Shown: one piece after another, positions 9,081 through 18,203 of the stretch
Layout of the letters: each line of letters begins with the position of its first letter
Position numbering within the stretch: the first letter of the stretch is position 1
Assembly: GCA_963836445.1 (NCBI GenBank)
Contig: CAWIJM010000027.1
Coordinates: 13,163-77,162, forward strand
DNA: 64,000 nt
DNA from: an uncultured Actinomycetes bacterium
GTDB lineage: Bacteria > Actinomycetota > Acidimicrobiia > IMCC26256 > JACDBD01
Reading direction: 5' to 3'
The notes under the pieces: generated by a model
Databases searched by the model: none
Seen by the model: the letters and a program-made list of their open reading frames with translations, nothing else
Told to the model about the DNA's origin: nothing
Position numbers and translations under genes: made by a program

Positions 9081-9413
9081 GTGCGCAGCTTCGAGCTCGG
9101 CGGCACCTCGACCACCGCCGGTCGGCGGTGGTCCGCCCGCTGCAGCTGCGGCGTAGTGGCGACGACGGGGGCCTGGCCCGAGGCACTCGCGTACCTGAGC
9201 GAGCACCGCCGGGCGACGCCGGAACTGCGGCCGACGCCGGTGGCGAATCGCCCGACGCCCGATCTCCGCGGCGTCGAGTACCGGCCGATCGTCGTCGTTC
9301 GGCCCGCCGTCAACGGCCACCGGCCCCCGGCGCTGTTCCTGCGCCAGCTGGTGGCAGGAGTGCTGCACTCGATCGTGCGCCTCACGGTCGGTGCGTTCTC
9401 GACCAGCGCCTGA
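9081..9413 (+). CDS. Hypothetical protein (weak call)
   Basis: Only frame in the 8917-9466 gap with strong GC3 bias (..WSARCSCGVVATTGAWPEALAYLSEHR..); no recognisable family; start (GTG 9081) uncertain. Confidence 0.3.
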   Translation: MRSFELGGTSTTAGRRWSARCSCGVVATTGAWPEALAYLSEHRRATPELRPTPVANRPTPDLRGVEYRPIVVVRPAVNGHRPPALFLRQLVAGVLHSIVRLTVGAFSTSA

Positions 9414-9466
9414 CCAGCCGCGCGCACCGGGCCGGTGCAGTGGCGGGAGCGGTACCGTCACCGTCG

Positions 9467-10042
9467 ATGAGCGTCCCCGTCCCGGATCCCGCTGCTCTCG
9501 GGCCGCTGGCGGCGTTGATCGGAGAGTGGGAAGGCGATCAGGGCTTCGACGACGCCTACGTCTACGCGCGTGGCCGCGAGGAATCGTCCCCCTTCCGTGA
9601 GCTGAGCTCGTTCACCCCGGCCGGACCTGCCCACAACGGAGCCCAGTCGCTGTACCGCCTCGACTACAAGACGACCGCGTGGCGCATGGACGAAGAGGTG
9701 CCGTTCCACACCGAGATCGGCTACTGGTACTGGGACGCAGCTCACGAGCTCGTCATGCGAGCGGTCATCACACCCCGTGGCATCGTCGTGCTCGCCGGCG
9801 GGTCGGCGCGACCCGGCGACACCACGTTGACCGTGAGCGCCGAAACGGGAGCCGACGACTTCGGGGTTCTTTCCAACCCGCACCTACGTACCACCGCGCG
9901 CACGACGCAGTTTCGGACGACCATCGACCTGTCGATCCCCGATCAGTTCTCGTACGACCAGGAGACCTACATGTACCAACCCCGCATCGACGGCGTCTAC
10001 TGCCACCGCGACCGCAACACGCTTGCTCGCATCAGCGGCTGA
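9467..10042 (+). CDS. Nitrobindin/THAP4-like heme-binding beta-barrel (DUF1794-type) protein
   Basis: ATG 9467; LGPLAALIGEWEGDQGFD...YRLDYKTTAWR...HTEIGYWYWD... pattern. Confidence 0.6.
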   Translation: MSVPVPDPAALGPLAALIGEWEGDQGFDDAYVYARGREESSPFRELSSFTPAGPAHNGAQSLYRLDYKTTAWRMDEEVPFHTEIGYWYWDAAHELVMRAVITPRGIVVLAGGSARPGDTTLTVSAETGADDFGVLSNPHLRTTARTTQFRTTIDLSIPDQFSYDQETYMYQPRIDGVYCHRDRNTLARISG

Positions 10043-10053
10043 TTGCGGTCGGT

Positions 10054-10530
10054 CTACGCGGCGACGGCGGCACGACCGTCGTGCGCGTCGGCGATGAGCC
10101 GCTCGAGGTCTCGGAGCTCGCGGGACATGCTCCAACGGAGATACAAGCGGACAAGGTGCTTGAGAGGGACCAGCCAGGGCGCGAGCACGTACTGCTCGTA
10201 GTGGATGACGGTGCAGCCGCCCGCCAGGGGAGTCACGACGAAGCCACCCTCGATGGTCGCCTCCTCGGCAGGGATGCCGGCGTTCCGGCTGTGGAAGCCG
10301 GCGTCGTGGAGGAAGTACGCGAACTCGCCCCGCCACGGCACCCCCGCAAACCGGCCGCGAACCTTGTAGGTGCCGCTCGACGAGGACTCGGGGAAGACGA
10401 CGACTGCATCGGCCTTGACCTCGGTCCGTTCGATGTTCTTGATCTCCCGGATCGCGGCCACTGCGTCCTCTCTCGCACAATGCATCTCCCGTGCAGCGAC
10501 CGTCGTGATCCTCGTCGATGTCGTCCTCAT
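10054..10530 (-). CDS. SRPBCC family protein
   Basis: 158-aa ORF, START-like pattern (FPESSSSGTYKVRGRFAGVPWRGEFAYF...GGCTVIHYEQYVLAPW). Confidence 0.6.
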   Translation of the reverse strand: MRTTSTRITTVAAREMHCAREDAVAAIREIKNIERTEVKADAVVVFPESSSSGTYKVRGRFAGVPWRGEFAYFLHDAGFHSRNAGIPAEEATIEGGFVVTPLAGGCTVIHYEQYVLAPWLVPLKHLVRLYLRWSMSRELRDLERLIADAHDGRAAVAA

Positions 10531-10648
10531 CGCGATCCCTCCCTCGCGCCGCTCGACGCCGCTCTTGCTGCGAGGGACGTATCTTCGCTCGTGACCGGTT
10601 CGGTGACCATCGAGGCGGCCGGGCCGCCCGCTGATCTTCGGAGACGCC

Positions 10649-11926
10649 GTGAACTTCGACCTCCCGCAAGACCTCGTCGACTACCTCGCCGAGTTGGACG
10701 ACTTCATCGAGCGGGAGATCACGCCGCTCCAGGCCCAGGACGACAACGAGCGGTTCTTCGACCATCGGCGTGAGGACGCCCGCACTGACTGGGACCGGGG
10801 CGGGCTGCCCAACGAAGAGTGGGAGGCGCTGCTGACCGAGATGCGCCGCCGGGCGGACGCCGCCGGCCACTACCGGTACGCGTTCCCGAAGGAGTACGGC
10901 GGCAAGGACGGCACCAACCTCGGCATGGCCGTGATCCGCGAGCACCTCGCCCGCAAGGGGCTCGGCCTGCACAACGACCTGCAGAACGAGTCGTCGATCG
11001 TCGGCAACAACGTCGGGTTGCTGCTGATGCTCCACCACGGCAGCGAGGAGCAGAAGGCGGAGTGGGTGCCGAAGCTGCTCGAGGGCACGAGCGGCTTTGC
11101 GTTCGGCATCACCGAGCCGGAGCACGGCTCCGACGCCACTCATATGGAGACGAGCGCCTACCGCGACGGTGACGAGTGGGTGATCAACGGAGAGAAGACC
11201 TGGAGCACGGGCATGCACAAGGCGCCCTATGAGCTCATCTTCGCCCGCACGTCGGGGAACGCCGGCGACGGCGAGGGCATCACCGCGTTCCTGGTGCCGA
11301 CGAAGAGCCCCGGGTTCGAGATCGTCGAGTTCCTCTGGACGTTCAACATGCCGACCGACCACGCCCACATCCGGCTGACGGACGTGCGCGTGCCGAAGTC
11401 GTCGGTCTTCGGCGGCGAGGGCAAAGGGCTCGGCGTCGTGCAGCTGTTCTTCAACGAGAACCGCATTCGACAGGCGGCGTCGTCGCTCGGCGCCGCCGAG
11501 TACTGCCTCGACCGGGCGATCGCGTACGCCGGCGAGCGGGCGCCGTTCGGGAAGCCCCTGTCACACAACCAGGGCATCCAGTTCCCGATCGTCGAGCTCG
11601 TGACGCAGTGCGAGATGCTGCGAGCGCTCGTTCGTCAGACGGCCTGGAAGATGGACGAGTACGGCGCGTTCTCGGTCTCGAAGGAGGTGTCGATGTGCAA
11701 CTACTGGGCCAACCGGCTCTGTTGCGAGGCGGCCGATCGCGCCATGCAGGTCTTCGGCGGGCTGGGCTACTCCCGGCACGAGCAGTTCGAGCACATCTAC
11801 CGTCATCACCGCCGCTACCGGATCACCGAGGGCTCGGAGGAGATCCAGATGCGTCGGGTCGCGGGCTACCTCTTCGGTTTCATGAAGCAACGGGCGCCGA
11901 AGGGAGTCACGGCCGCCGACGGCTGA
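10649..11926 (+). CDS. Acyl-CoA dehydrogenase family protein
   Basis: 425 aa; FGITEPEHGSDATHMET...WVINGEKTWSTG...FGKPLSHNQGIQFPIVEL...GGLGYSR...RITEGSEEIQ. Confidence 0.9.
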   Translation: MNFDLPQDLVDYLAELDDFIEREITPLQAQDDNERFFDHRREDARTDWDRGGLPNEEWEALLTEMRRRADAAGHYRYAFPKEYGGKDGTNLGMAVIREHLARKGLGLHNDLQNESSIVGNNVGLLLMLHHGSEEQKAEWVPKLLEGTSGFAFGITEPEHGSDATHMETSAYRDGDEWVINGEKTWSTGMHKAPYELIFARTSGNAGDGEGITAFLVPTKSPGFEIVEFLWTFNMPTDHAHIRLTDVRVPKSSVFGGEGKGLGVVQLFFNENRIRQAASSLGAAEYCLDRAIAYAGERAPFGKPLSHNQGIQFPIVELVTQCEMLRALVRQTAWKMDEYGAFSVSKEVSMCNYWANRLCCEAADRAMQVFGGLGYSRHEQFEHIYRHHRRYRITEGSEEIQMRRVAGYLFGFMKQRAPKGVTAADG

Positions 11927-11987
11927 CCTGGGCGGTGGCGAGTCGGCCGGTGACCGCGGTGCGCGTGCGCTTGACCACGGGTGGACA

Positions 11988-13683
11988 CTAGGGACAACTC
12001 CCGAGGGAGTCCTCTCCGCCCCAAATGCCGGATTCCCAGCCGGGAGGAATGGGAGGCGGGAGACACCAAACACGACCGGCTCTCTCGCCTCCCGCGCCGA
12101 GCGTCCGGCTCAGAGGCGACCCAGCGTGCAATAGAAGGCTGGAGAGCTCGGCTCGAGCGCCGGCGCGGTCGACTGACTCGAGGCGGTGCGCGGCGGCGCG
12201 CCGTTCGGCGATCGCGTCGGTACCCCGGGAGGGCCGAGGAACGTCGCGGATCCCGGGTTCGAGCTCCAGCACCCAGAAGCCGCCCGTGCGCGTCGCCACC
12301 CAGATGTGGCCGGTCTTGGGCACGTAGCGGACGTGGCCCCACGCCTGGTCGAAGCCACGCTGACCCTGGAGGTTGAGCGCGGGGTCGAGGGGTGCCCCCG
12401 ACCCGTCGAGGAGCGGGACTCCGAAGATGCCCGGGTTGAAGTAGGCCACCTCGGTGGGCTTGTCGGCGTCGCGCACGTCGAACACCCGGAGCCCGGCGTT
12501 CCACATCGACACCATCGCGAACGTCGTGTCATCGGGGTTGTCGACGTCGTGGTAGTGCGACGACGCGTTCACGCCCGAGGCGAGGGCGTCGACGCAGTGG
12601 GCCGGTTCGTTGATCGCGAGGTTGAGTCGGCCACGGTCGACGGGCGCCCTCTCGTCGCCGAGGTCGGTGAGGAACGGTTGCGCCGTACCGCCCACCGGCG
12701 TGAGGTCGGGCAAGCAGCTGTTGGCGGTGGGGTTCACGACGCTCTCGTCGGAGCGCAGCAGGAACGGACGGCCGTCGATGGTGGCGGTGCGGATCGAGTG
12801 GCCGGGCCCGGCGAAGCGCGACACCACCCGCGGCGGTCGTTCGGGCCATCCTTCGATGTCGACGACCATCGACGCCTCGTCGCCGGGCATCTGTCCTCCG
12901 ATATAGAGGCGGGTGTCGTCGTCCGAAGGCCAGGCTTCGTGCGCGTACTCGAGCTCTTGCACCCCTTTGGCCCGCAGCTGCTCCTCCAAGTTCCCGAGGT
13001 AGCGCGGCTGTGTCGGGTCGGTGAAGTCGAAGGCCTGGAGCGGCAGCGTCCCCCAGAGGGTGCGGGCGTCCCGGCTGAGCGTCACGTTGTGCCACGCTCT
13101 GGGGGAACTCGATCGTCGACAGCAGCTTCGGGTGCGTGCAGTCGGAGACGTCGTAGACGTCGACCGGCGCCGAGGAGGCGAGTTGGAAGTCGAAGAAGAG
13201 GCCGTACCGGCCGGCGACGAGGAGGGACCGGTCCCCGGCGTCGACGGCGTGGACCGTTTCGAAGGCGTCGACGGCGCCGGGCGTCGTGAGCGTGCCGACC
13301 TGTTCGGGATCGGTGGGGTCCGAGACGTCGACGACGGCGACACCGTCACCCGCCACGTACGCGCACGTACCCGACCAGGCGAGGTTGGCGTTGGCCCCGC
13401 GTCCACCGAGCGAGTCGTAGCCGACGACCGCCAGCCCGCAGTTGTAGCCCTCGCGGGCCCGTCCCGAGAGCTGGTCGGCCAACGGGATGTCACCCTGGAT
13501 GCCGGTCTCGGGCTTGTCCTCGGGCCCACACGCTGGACGAGCGGCGCTCCCGGCCGGCGGCGCGGCGACCGCACCACCGCTGGCCGGCGGCGCGGCGACC
13601 GCACCACCGCTGGCCGGCGGCGCCAATGCTCCTGCCGCGAGCACCAGCGTGGCTCCGACGACAAGCACTCGAACCCCCCTCAT
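11988..13683 (-). pseudogene. Secreted beta-propeller protein (LVIVD-repeat-like), frame broken once at a C5 run (or assembly indel)
   Basis: Signal peptide MRGVRVLVVGATLVLAAGALA. N-terminal part lies in ORF 12529..13767 up to ..LLSTIEFPQ and continues in ORF 11988..13664 from ..AWHNVTLSRDARTLWG. The junction is at the GGGGG run 13101-13105. Confidence 0.65.
13551..13624. repeat. Perfect 30-bp tandem duplication (about 2.4 copies) inside the propeller gene
   Basis: cgcggcgaccgcaccaccgctggccggcgg at 13561-13590 and 13591-13620, with partial copies flanking; encodes APPASGGAVA APPASGGAVA just after the signal peptide. Confidence 0.9.
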
Positions 13684-13866
13684 GGTGACGAATGGTAGAG
13701 ATCGGACGTATCGGAATCCAGTGCTGACGTCCCGAGCACGACTTTTCCGATCGTGGTGTGGCGGCACCCCCCCGACGACGATGAGCGCGGCGTGACGTCA
13801 CTTCGCAAGACTGAGGAGTTCCTGCGCGACATCTCCGGAAGAGACTGAAAGTTTCGGGAGGAGAAC

Positions 13867-14298
13867 ATGAAAGAGTCGGATTCCAACGAGGGCCAGTCGG
13901 CATCTGAGCGGATCGACGAAAGGATCGCCGAGCTCGGGGACTGGCGCGGGGAGACCTTGAGCAGGATGCGCAAGCTCATCAAGCAGGCAGACCCGGACGT
14001 CGTCGAGGAAGTGAAGTGGGTCAAGCCGACGAACCCGGGCACTCCCACCTGGTCGCACGACGGAATCATCTGCACTGGCGAGACGTACAAGTCCGTCGTG
14101 AAGCTCACGTTCGCCAAAGGGGCTTCGTTGAAGGACCCGGCCAAGCTCTTCAACTCGAGCCTCGAGGGGAACACAAGGCGCGCAATCGACATCCATGAGG
14201 GGGAGAAGGTCGACGCCGGCGCGTTCAAGGCGCTCATCCGTGCCGCGGTCGCCCTCAATACATCCGGCGGAAAGGCAAGGCCAAGGCGAGCGAAGTAG
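13867..14298 (+). CDS. DUF1801 (YdhG-like) domain protein
   Basis: 143 aa; ERIDERIAELGDWRGETLSRMRKLIKQADPDVVEEVKWVKP...TGETYKSVVKLTFAKGASL; GGAGGAG Shine-Dalgarno upstream; locally lower GC. Confidence 0.8.
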   Translation: MKESDSNEGQSASERIDERIAELGDWRGETLSRMRKLIKQADPDVVEEVKWVKPTNPGTPTWSHDGIICTGETYKSVVKLTFAKGASLKDPAKLFNSSLEGNTRRAIDIHEGEKVDAGAFKALIRAAVALNTSGGKARPRRAK

Positions 14299-14342
14299 AC
14301 CCAAGACCACCTCGAACCGCGCACTTGCGCAGCAGAGGAAGT

Positions 14343-14385
14343 GTGGTGGCGAGTCGGCCGGTACGCCGGATTCTGTCCCGACGGT
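14343..14385 (-). repeat. Orphan copy of the 3' end of RNase P RNA (P4/P2/P1 3' strands)
   Basis: gtggtggcgagtcggccggtacgccggattctgtcccgacggt matches 17621-17662 (the 3' end of intact rnpB) with 1 mismatch and 1 indel; weaker similarity continues ~20 nt into the flank (14320-14342 vs 17598-17620). Confidence 0.8.
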
Positions 14386-14836
14386 CGGCTGACCGGCCCA
14401 AACGCCGGCTGACCTGCGAAGAGACTGCTCGGTAATTCGCGTCCAGACCCCCCGTTTCGCGGGCTCGCGCGGACATTTCGTGGACCGGAGTCTGACCTCG
14501 TATCCGTCCTCGGCGATATCGCGTGGTGCGACGGAGGAATCGTCGACATCTTCCCGGCCCGACCCGTCCTCGACATCGAAGCTCCCTGCGACGTCGCGCT
14601 CGCGCTCAATTGCTTCGACCCGCCCGAGTTCGCGGCGAGGACGCGACCGGGTGGCACGATCGGGCGGCGAGCATCCTCTACGTGGCGAGTCAGGTGCGCA
14701 GTGCATACACAGGGACGGCCCGTCTCCCGCGAGGCGCTCGAGGCAGCGGGAGCAACGTACACGCACCGCGAAGCCTGCGGTTCCGGCGCCCTTTCATCAC
14801 TCCCATGACGCGCGCGAGGACGGTGTCGCCGGCGCG

Positions 14837-15802
14837 TCAGCGCCACTCGAGGACGAGCCGACAGTCCTCGTCGATGACCGCAGTGTCGAACTCTGCGCAC
14901 GCGGCGTGGAAGCGCTCGCGGATCCATCGCGCCACGTCCCCGGCCGCAATGGTGGTGGAGCAGAAGTCGAGGTGGAGGGGCACCGCCTCGAGGCGGACCG
15001 GGCCGTCCCGGTCCAGATCGATGAGCCACAACACACCGAGGTCGTTGCGGAGCACGTCGTCGACGCGGTAGTCGTCGACGAAGCCCCCCAAGTCGTAGAG
15101 CACACGATCTTCGACACCCTGGAAAACATGTGCGGAGTGGCCGGCGATTAGCGTCGCGCCCGCGTCGCGCAGCGCCCGGGCGGCGTGGCGGACGTGGCGG
15201 ACGGGCGCTGGCATCATGTTCGGGCCCCAGTGGGGCGTGACGACAACGGCTTCCGCACCGGCGGCGGCGTCGGTGACGGCGCGGCTGAGCCATTCGGGCA
15301 CGCCGTGGGCGAGGTCCGCGAAGGCGATGCCGGGTCGGTCGGCGCCGGCGGCGAAGTCGGCGGGATGGTCGGCGACCCCGACCACCGCGAGGCGGAACCC
15401 GTCGCGTTCGAGGACGGCGACGCGGCGTGCGGCGGCCTCGTCGGTACCGGCACCGACGACGGCGATCCCGGCCTGGTCCAGGTGCTCGAGTGTGTCGGCG
15501 AGCGCGACGCCTCCGTAGTCCAGCGCGTGGTTGTTCGCGAGCGTGACGCAGTCGACCCCGAGCAGGCGCAGCGTCTCGGTCGCCTCGGGCGGGGCGCGGA
15601 AGAAGAACGGCTTGCCCGGCGCCGCCCATGGTGTGCCGCGATCGGAGATGCAGCACTCGAGGTTGAGGACGAACACGTCGGCGCCGCTCGTGGCGGCGAC
15701 GACCTCGGGTGCGAACAGCGAAGCCGGGCCGTCGGCGCCGATCCGCTCGGCGACCAGCCGTCCCAGCATCGTGTCGCCGGCTAAAGCCAGCCGCACAGAC
15801 AT
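14837..15802 (-). CDS. CapA/PGA_cap family metallophosphoesterase-like protein
   Basis: MSVRLALAGDTMLGR...FVLNLECCISDRG...FRAPPE...GVDCVTLANNHALDYG...PHWGPNM...IAGHSAHVFQG; ATG 15802 (the ORF extends to 15910). Confidence 0.8.
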   Translation of the reverse strand: MSVRLALAGDTMLGRLVAERIGADGPASLFAPEVVAATSGADVFVLNLECCISDRGTPWAAPGKPFFFRAPPEATETLRLLGVDCVTLANNHALDYGGVALADTLEHLDQAGIAVVGAGTDEAAARRVAVLERDGFRLAVVGVADHPADFAAGADRPGIAFADLAHGVPEWLSRAVTDAAAGAEAVVVTPHWGPNMMPAPVRHVRHAARALRDAGATLIAGHSAHVFQGVEDRVLYDLGGFVDDYRVDDVLRNDLGVLWLIDLDRDGPVRLEAVPLHLDFCSTTIAAGDVARWIRERFHAACAEFDTAVIDEDCRLVLEWR

Positions 15803-16120
15803 TGGGTGTAGCACCGCCGGCGACTCGAGCCAGACTCCACCATCACCGGGACGACGCTCATACCACCCGAGCCGGTGCGAAGCGGCCGGACGATACAGCT
15901 GCGGCGGCAAGGTCCTAGTTCCTAACGGGTCGAGCGTTGACCTCGAGCGCGTGCTGTTGGACGCGCTTCGAACGCGGCGTGCCCTCCAGCATCTCTATTG
16001 CAGCGGGCCGTTCCGCCGGCCACGCGTCGTTTCGTCGGGAGCTCATCGTGATGATCAAAGGTGGCGTCTGCTGACCGGGTCTCGAGCGCGTGACCGTGTG
16101 GAGCCGGTCGGGTGGCTTGA

Positions 16121-16441
16121 TCAACGGGCGCCTAGCATCCAGGGTGGTTTCGGCCGGCTGTGGTTCGGCTCGCGATGGTGAAGATGGCTGTCGACGTCGA
16201 TCACGCCGTCGACGCCGCGGATCATCTCGACGATGATCCGCTCGTCCCAGGCGTACCGGACATCGCCGGTCAACCTCACCCTTCCGTCCTCGATCGAGAA
16301 GGTCACACGATGGTCGTCGGGCCGATTCGGGTCCGTTCGGAGTAGTCGCGTCACCTCCGCTGCGATCTCGTCATCAGGTCGGGCGAGGCTGCGGAGGATG
16401 TCCTGGCGCGAGACGATTCCGACCAGGGCCCAGAACCGATT
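16121..16441 (-). pseudogene. 5'-truncated CBS/BON-domain gene remnant
   Basis: The frame is open only from the stop at 16442-16444. It reads ..WALVGIVSRQDILRSLARPDDEIAAEV TRLLRTDPNRPDDHRVTFSIEDGRVRLTGDVRYAWDERIIVEMIRGVDGVIDVDSHL, i.e. the last strand/helix of a CBS domain plus a BON domain, with no N-terminal CBS pair and no plausible start. Confidence 0.6.
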
Positions 16442-16571
16442 TCACCCAGCGGATCTCCTGGACGCACGAGAGGCCCTGGACGCGCGGAACCGCAGGTCAG
16501 ATGCCAAACACGAGACAGCCCAACGGATTGGCTTCGCTGCGTGAATAGCTTGAGGGGCTAGTGCCCGTGAA

Positions 16572-17084
16572 CTAGGCGAGCGTTTGTCGGATGTCCTTGA
16601 GCAACAGAAAGAGGTGGAGGGGATCGGTCGGGCTCGGTTCGAACTCCGCGAGCCGGTCGTAGAAGGACCTTGCCCTGTCGTCTTCGGCGTGGATCAACAG
16701 GGCGCGGACACCCACGATGTCAGCGAGGTTGACGACCTGCCGGAGTGCGTGCACGACGAGCGCTCGTCCCACGCCGCGGCCCTGTTCGGAGCGGTCGACG
16801 CCCAGCCGAGTCAGGACGATGACCGGGACGTCGTATCGTCCGGCGCCTCGTGTGACGCGTTCGGGCGCGTCGGCGGGCAGCACGGAGCCCGTCGCGAGTG
16901 CGTGGAACCCCACGACGTGGTTGTCCGCCAGGCGGCGGACGACGTAGACGCGGCTGGTGCCGCTGCGGTGTGCCTGGAGGGCGTGGTCGCGCAGCCACTC
17001 GCTCTGTGCGTCGGATCCGCAGTCGAACTGGGAGAGCTCGTGCGCAGCGGTGAGCTCCTCGATGTCGCTGTAAGAGCGACTCAC
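16572..17084 (-). CDS. GNAT-family acetyltransferase toxin (TacT/AtaT/KacT-like)
   Basis: 170 aa; FDCGSDAQSEWLRDHALQAHRSGTSRVYVV...VGFHALATGSV...PVIVLTRLGVDRSEQGRGVGRALVVHAL...GVRALLIHAEDDRARSFYDRLAEFEPSP; GTGA overlap with the upstream DUF1778 gene. Confidence 0.8.
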   Translation of the reverse strand: MSRSYSDIEELTAAHELSQFDCGSDAQSEWLRDHALQAHRSGTSRVYVVRRLADNHVVGFHALATGSVLPADAPERVTRGAGRYDVPVIVLTRLGVDRSEQGRGVGRALVVHALRQVVNLADIVGVRALLIHAEDDRARSFYDRLAEFEPSPTDPLHLFLLLKDIRQTLA

Positions 17085-17377
17085 ACCTCGTCGAGGACGG
17101 TGGGGGATTCCAGCAGCTTGCGCAGCCGGGGCAGCTCGCGCTCGGGCCGATCCAGGGCAGTGACAAACGCATCCCAGCGGTCGGGGTCGAGCACGAAGAC
17201 GCGCCGGTCCACGAGCACGGTTTCGGCGGCCCGGGTCGCAGCGGCGAGCACGAACTCCGAGATCGTGGTCTCCTCCGCCTGGCTGGCGGCTTCGAGGAGG
17301 GCGCGCCGACGTGGACTCAATCGCACATTGAGTCGTTCCGTCTTCCCGCTGCTCGGATCGTCGGATCGCATCGCCAT
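17081..17377 (-). CDS. DUF1778 (TacA-like, ribbon-helix-helix) antitoxin
   Basis: 98 aa from ATG 17377; KTERLNVRLSPRRRALLEAASQAEETTISEFVLAAATRAAETVLVDRRVFVLDPDRWDAFVTALDRP; GAAAGG Shine-Dalgarno. Confidence 0.8.
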   Translation of the reverse strand: MAMRSDDPSSGKTERLNVRLSPRRRALLEAASQAEETTISEFVLAAATRAAETVLVDRRVFVLDPDRWDAFVTALDRPERELPRLRKLLESPTVLDEV

Positions 17378-17401
17378 CTGCAGGCCTTTCGTTCGCCCCC
17401 A

Positions 17402-17422
17402 TTGTACGTACCGCGTGCGTAC
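17402..17422. promoter_or_regulatory. Imperfect palindrome, candidate operator of the TA operon
   Basis: TGTACGTACCGCGTGCGTACA (TGTACG-N9-CGTACA), 25 nt upstream of the antitoxin start. Confidence 0.35.
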
Positions 17423-17620
17423 ACTCACGACCCTGCTTCTCTGGGCATGACTGCGGACCGAGCTCGTGCGGACCGGCCCCGCCGCCTGACCCACGTTCAT
17501 GCAGGTCAGCGGGCGTGCCCTCCCCGATCGGACCGTACGACTCCATACTGTCTGCGGTTTTCCGGGTACAGACCCGTCCCGGCACCTCCAACCGGCGCGT
17601 TTTCGCAGGTCAGAGGGGTA

Positions 17621-18028
<408 letters not shown>

Positions 18029-18096
18029 ACCCATTGTCGCGCTCGCACAGGGAGGTTGAGTAGCGCTGGGATCGTGGCGCAGTAGCCTGGGCCGAC

Positions 18097-18187
18097 CTGG
18101 AGGGGAGTAACCCCACGGGACGCGCCGTCATCACGGCCGATGTCCGGCCCGGCATCCCGACCCGTTCTCGGGTGGTGAGACCTCCGG
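18097..18187 (+). promoter_or_regulatory. yybP-ykoY-type (Mn2+) riboswitch candidate in the TerC leader
   Basis: GGAGGGGAGUAACC...GGUGAGACCUCC closes a P1 helix (GGAGG/CCUCC) around three internal hairpins. It has the conserved GGGGAGUA and GAGACC elements. The downstream GGAGGUC Shine-Dalgarno (18194-18200) can pair with the P1 3' strand. The TerC gene follows at 18204. Confidence 0.55.
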
Positions 18188-18203
18188 AACGCTGGAGGTC
18201 TGC

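Noticed and set aside
8917-9466. Minus-strand ORFs 9048..9461 and 9068..9427
   Set aside because: They have Arg/Pro/Gly-rich composition and poor GC3 periodicity. The plus-strand frame has better codon bias but still no homology, so only that one is listed, at low confidence.
13551-13624. Tandem repeat considered as a possible CRISPR or minisatellite
   Set aside because: It has only ~2.4 directly abutting copies with no spacers, and it is in frame within a coding sequence. No cas genes are in the window.
13798-14766. 322-aa minus-strand ORF with a CxxC...CxxC start, crossing the rnpB fragment
   Set aside because: Its 3' two-thirds are antisense to the well-supported DUF1801 gene, and it runs straight through the RNase P fragment. 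The 5' ~110 codons (14440-14766) have only moderate GC3 bias and no recognisable family. I searched 14386-14836 in all frames for recombinase remnants (R..H..R..Y boxes) and found none.
16621-16650. GGTTCGAACTCC, resembling a tRNA T-arm
   Set aside because: It lies inside the GNAT toxin coding frame (..AEFEPSP..), and no acceptor, D or anticodon arms can be drawn around it. I found no tRNA anywhere in the window.
17450-17620. Possible rnpB terminator or small gene between the TA operon and rnpB
   Set aside because: The CCGGG-N11-CCCGG hairpin (about 17573-17593) is not followed by a U-tract on the rnpB strand. The ORFs in this stretch are Arg/Pro-rich noise.
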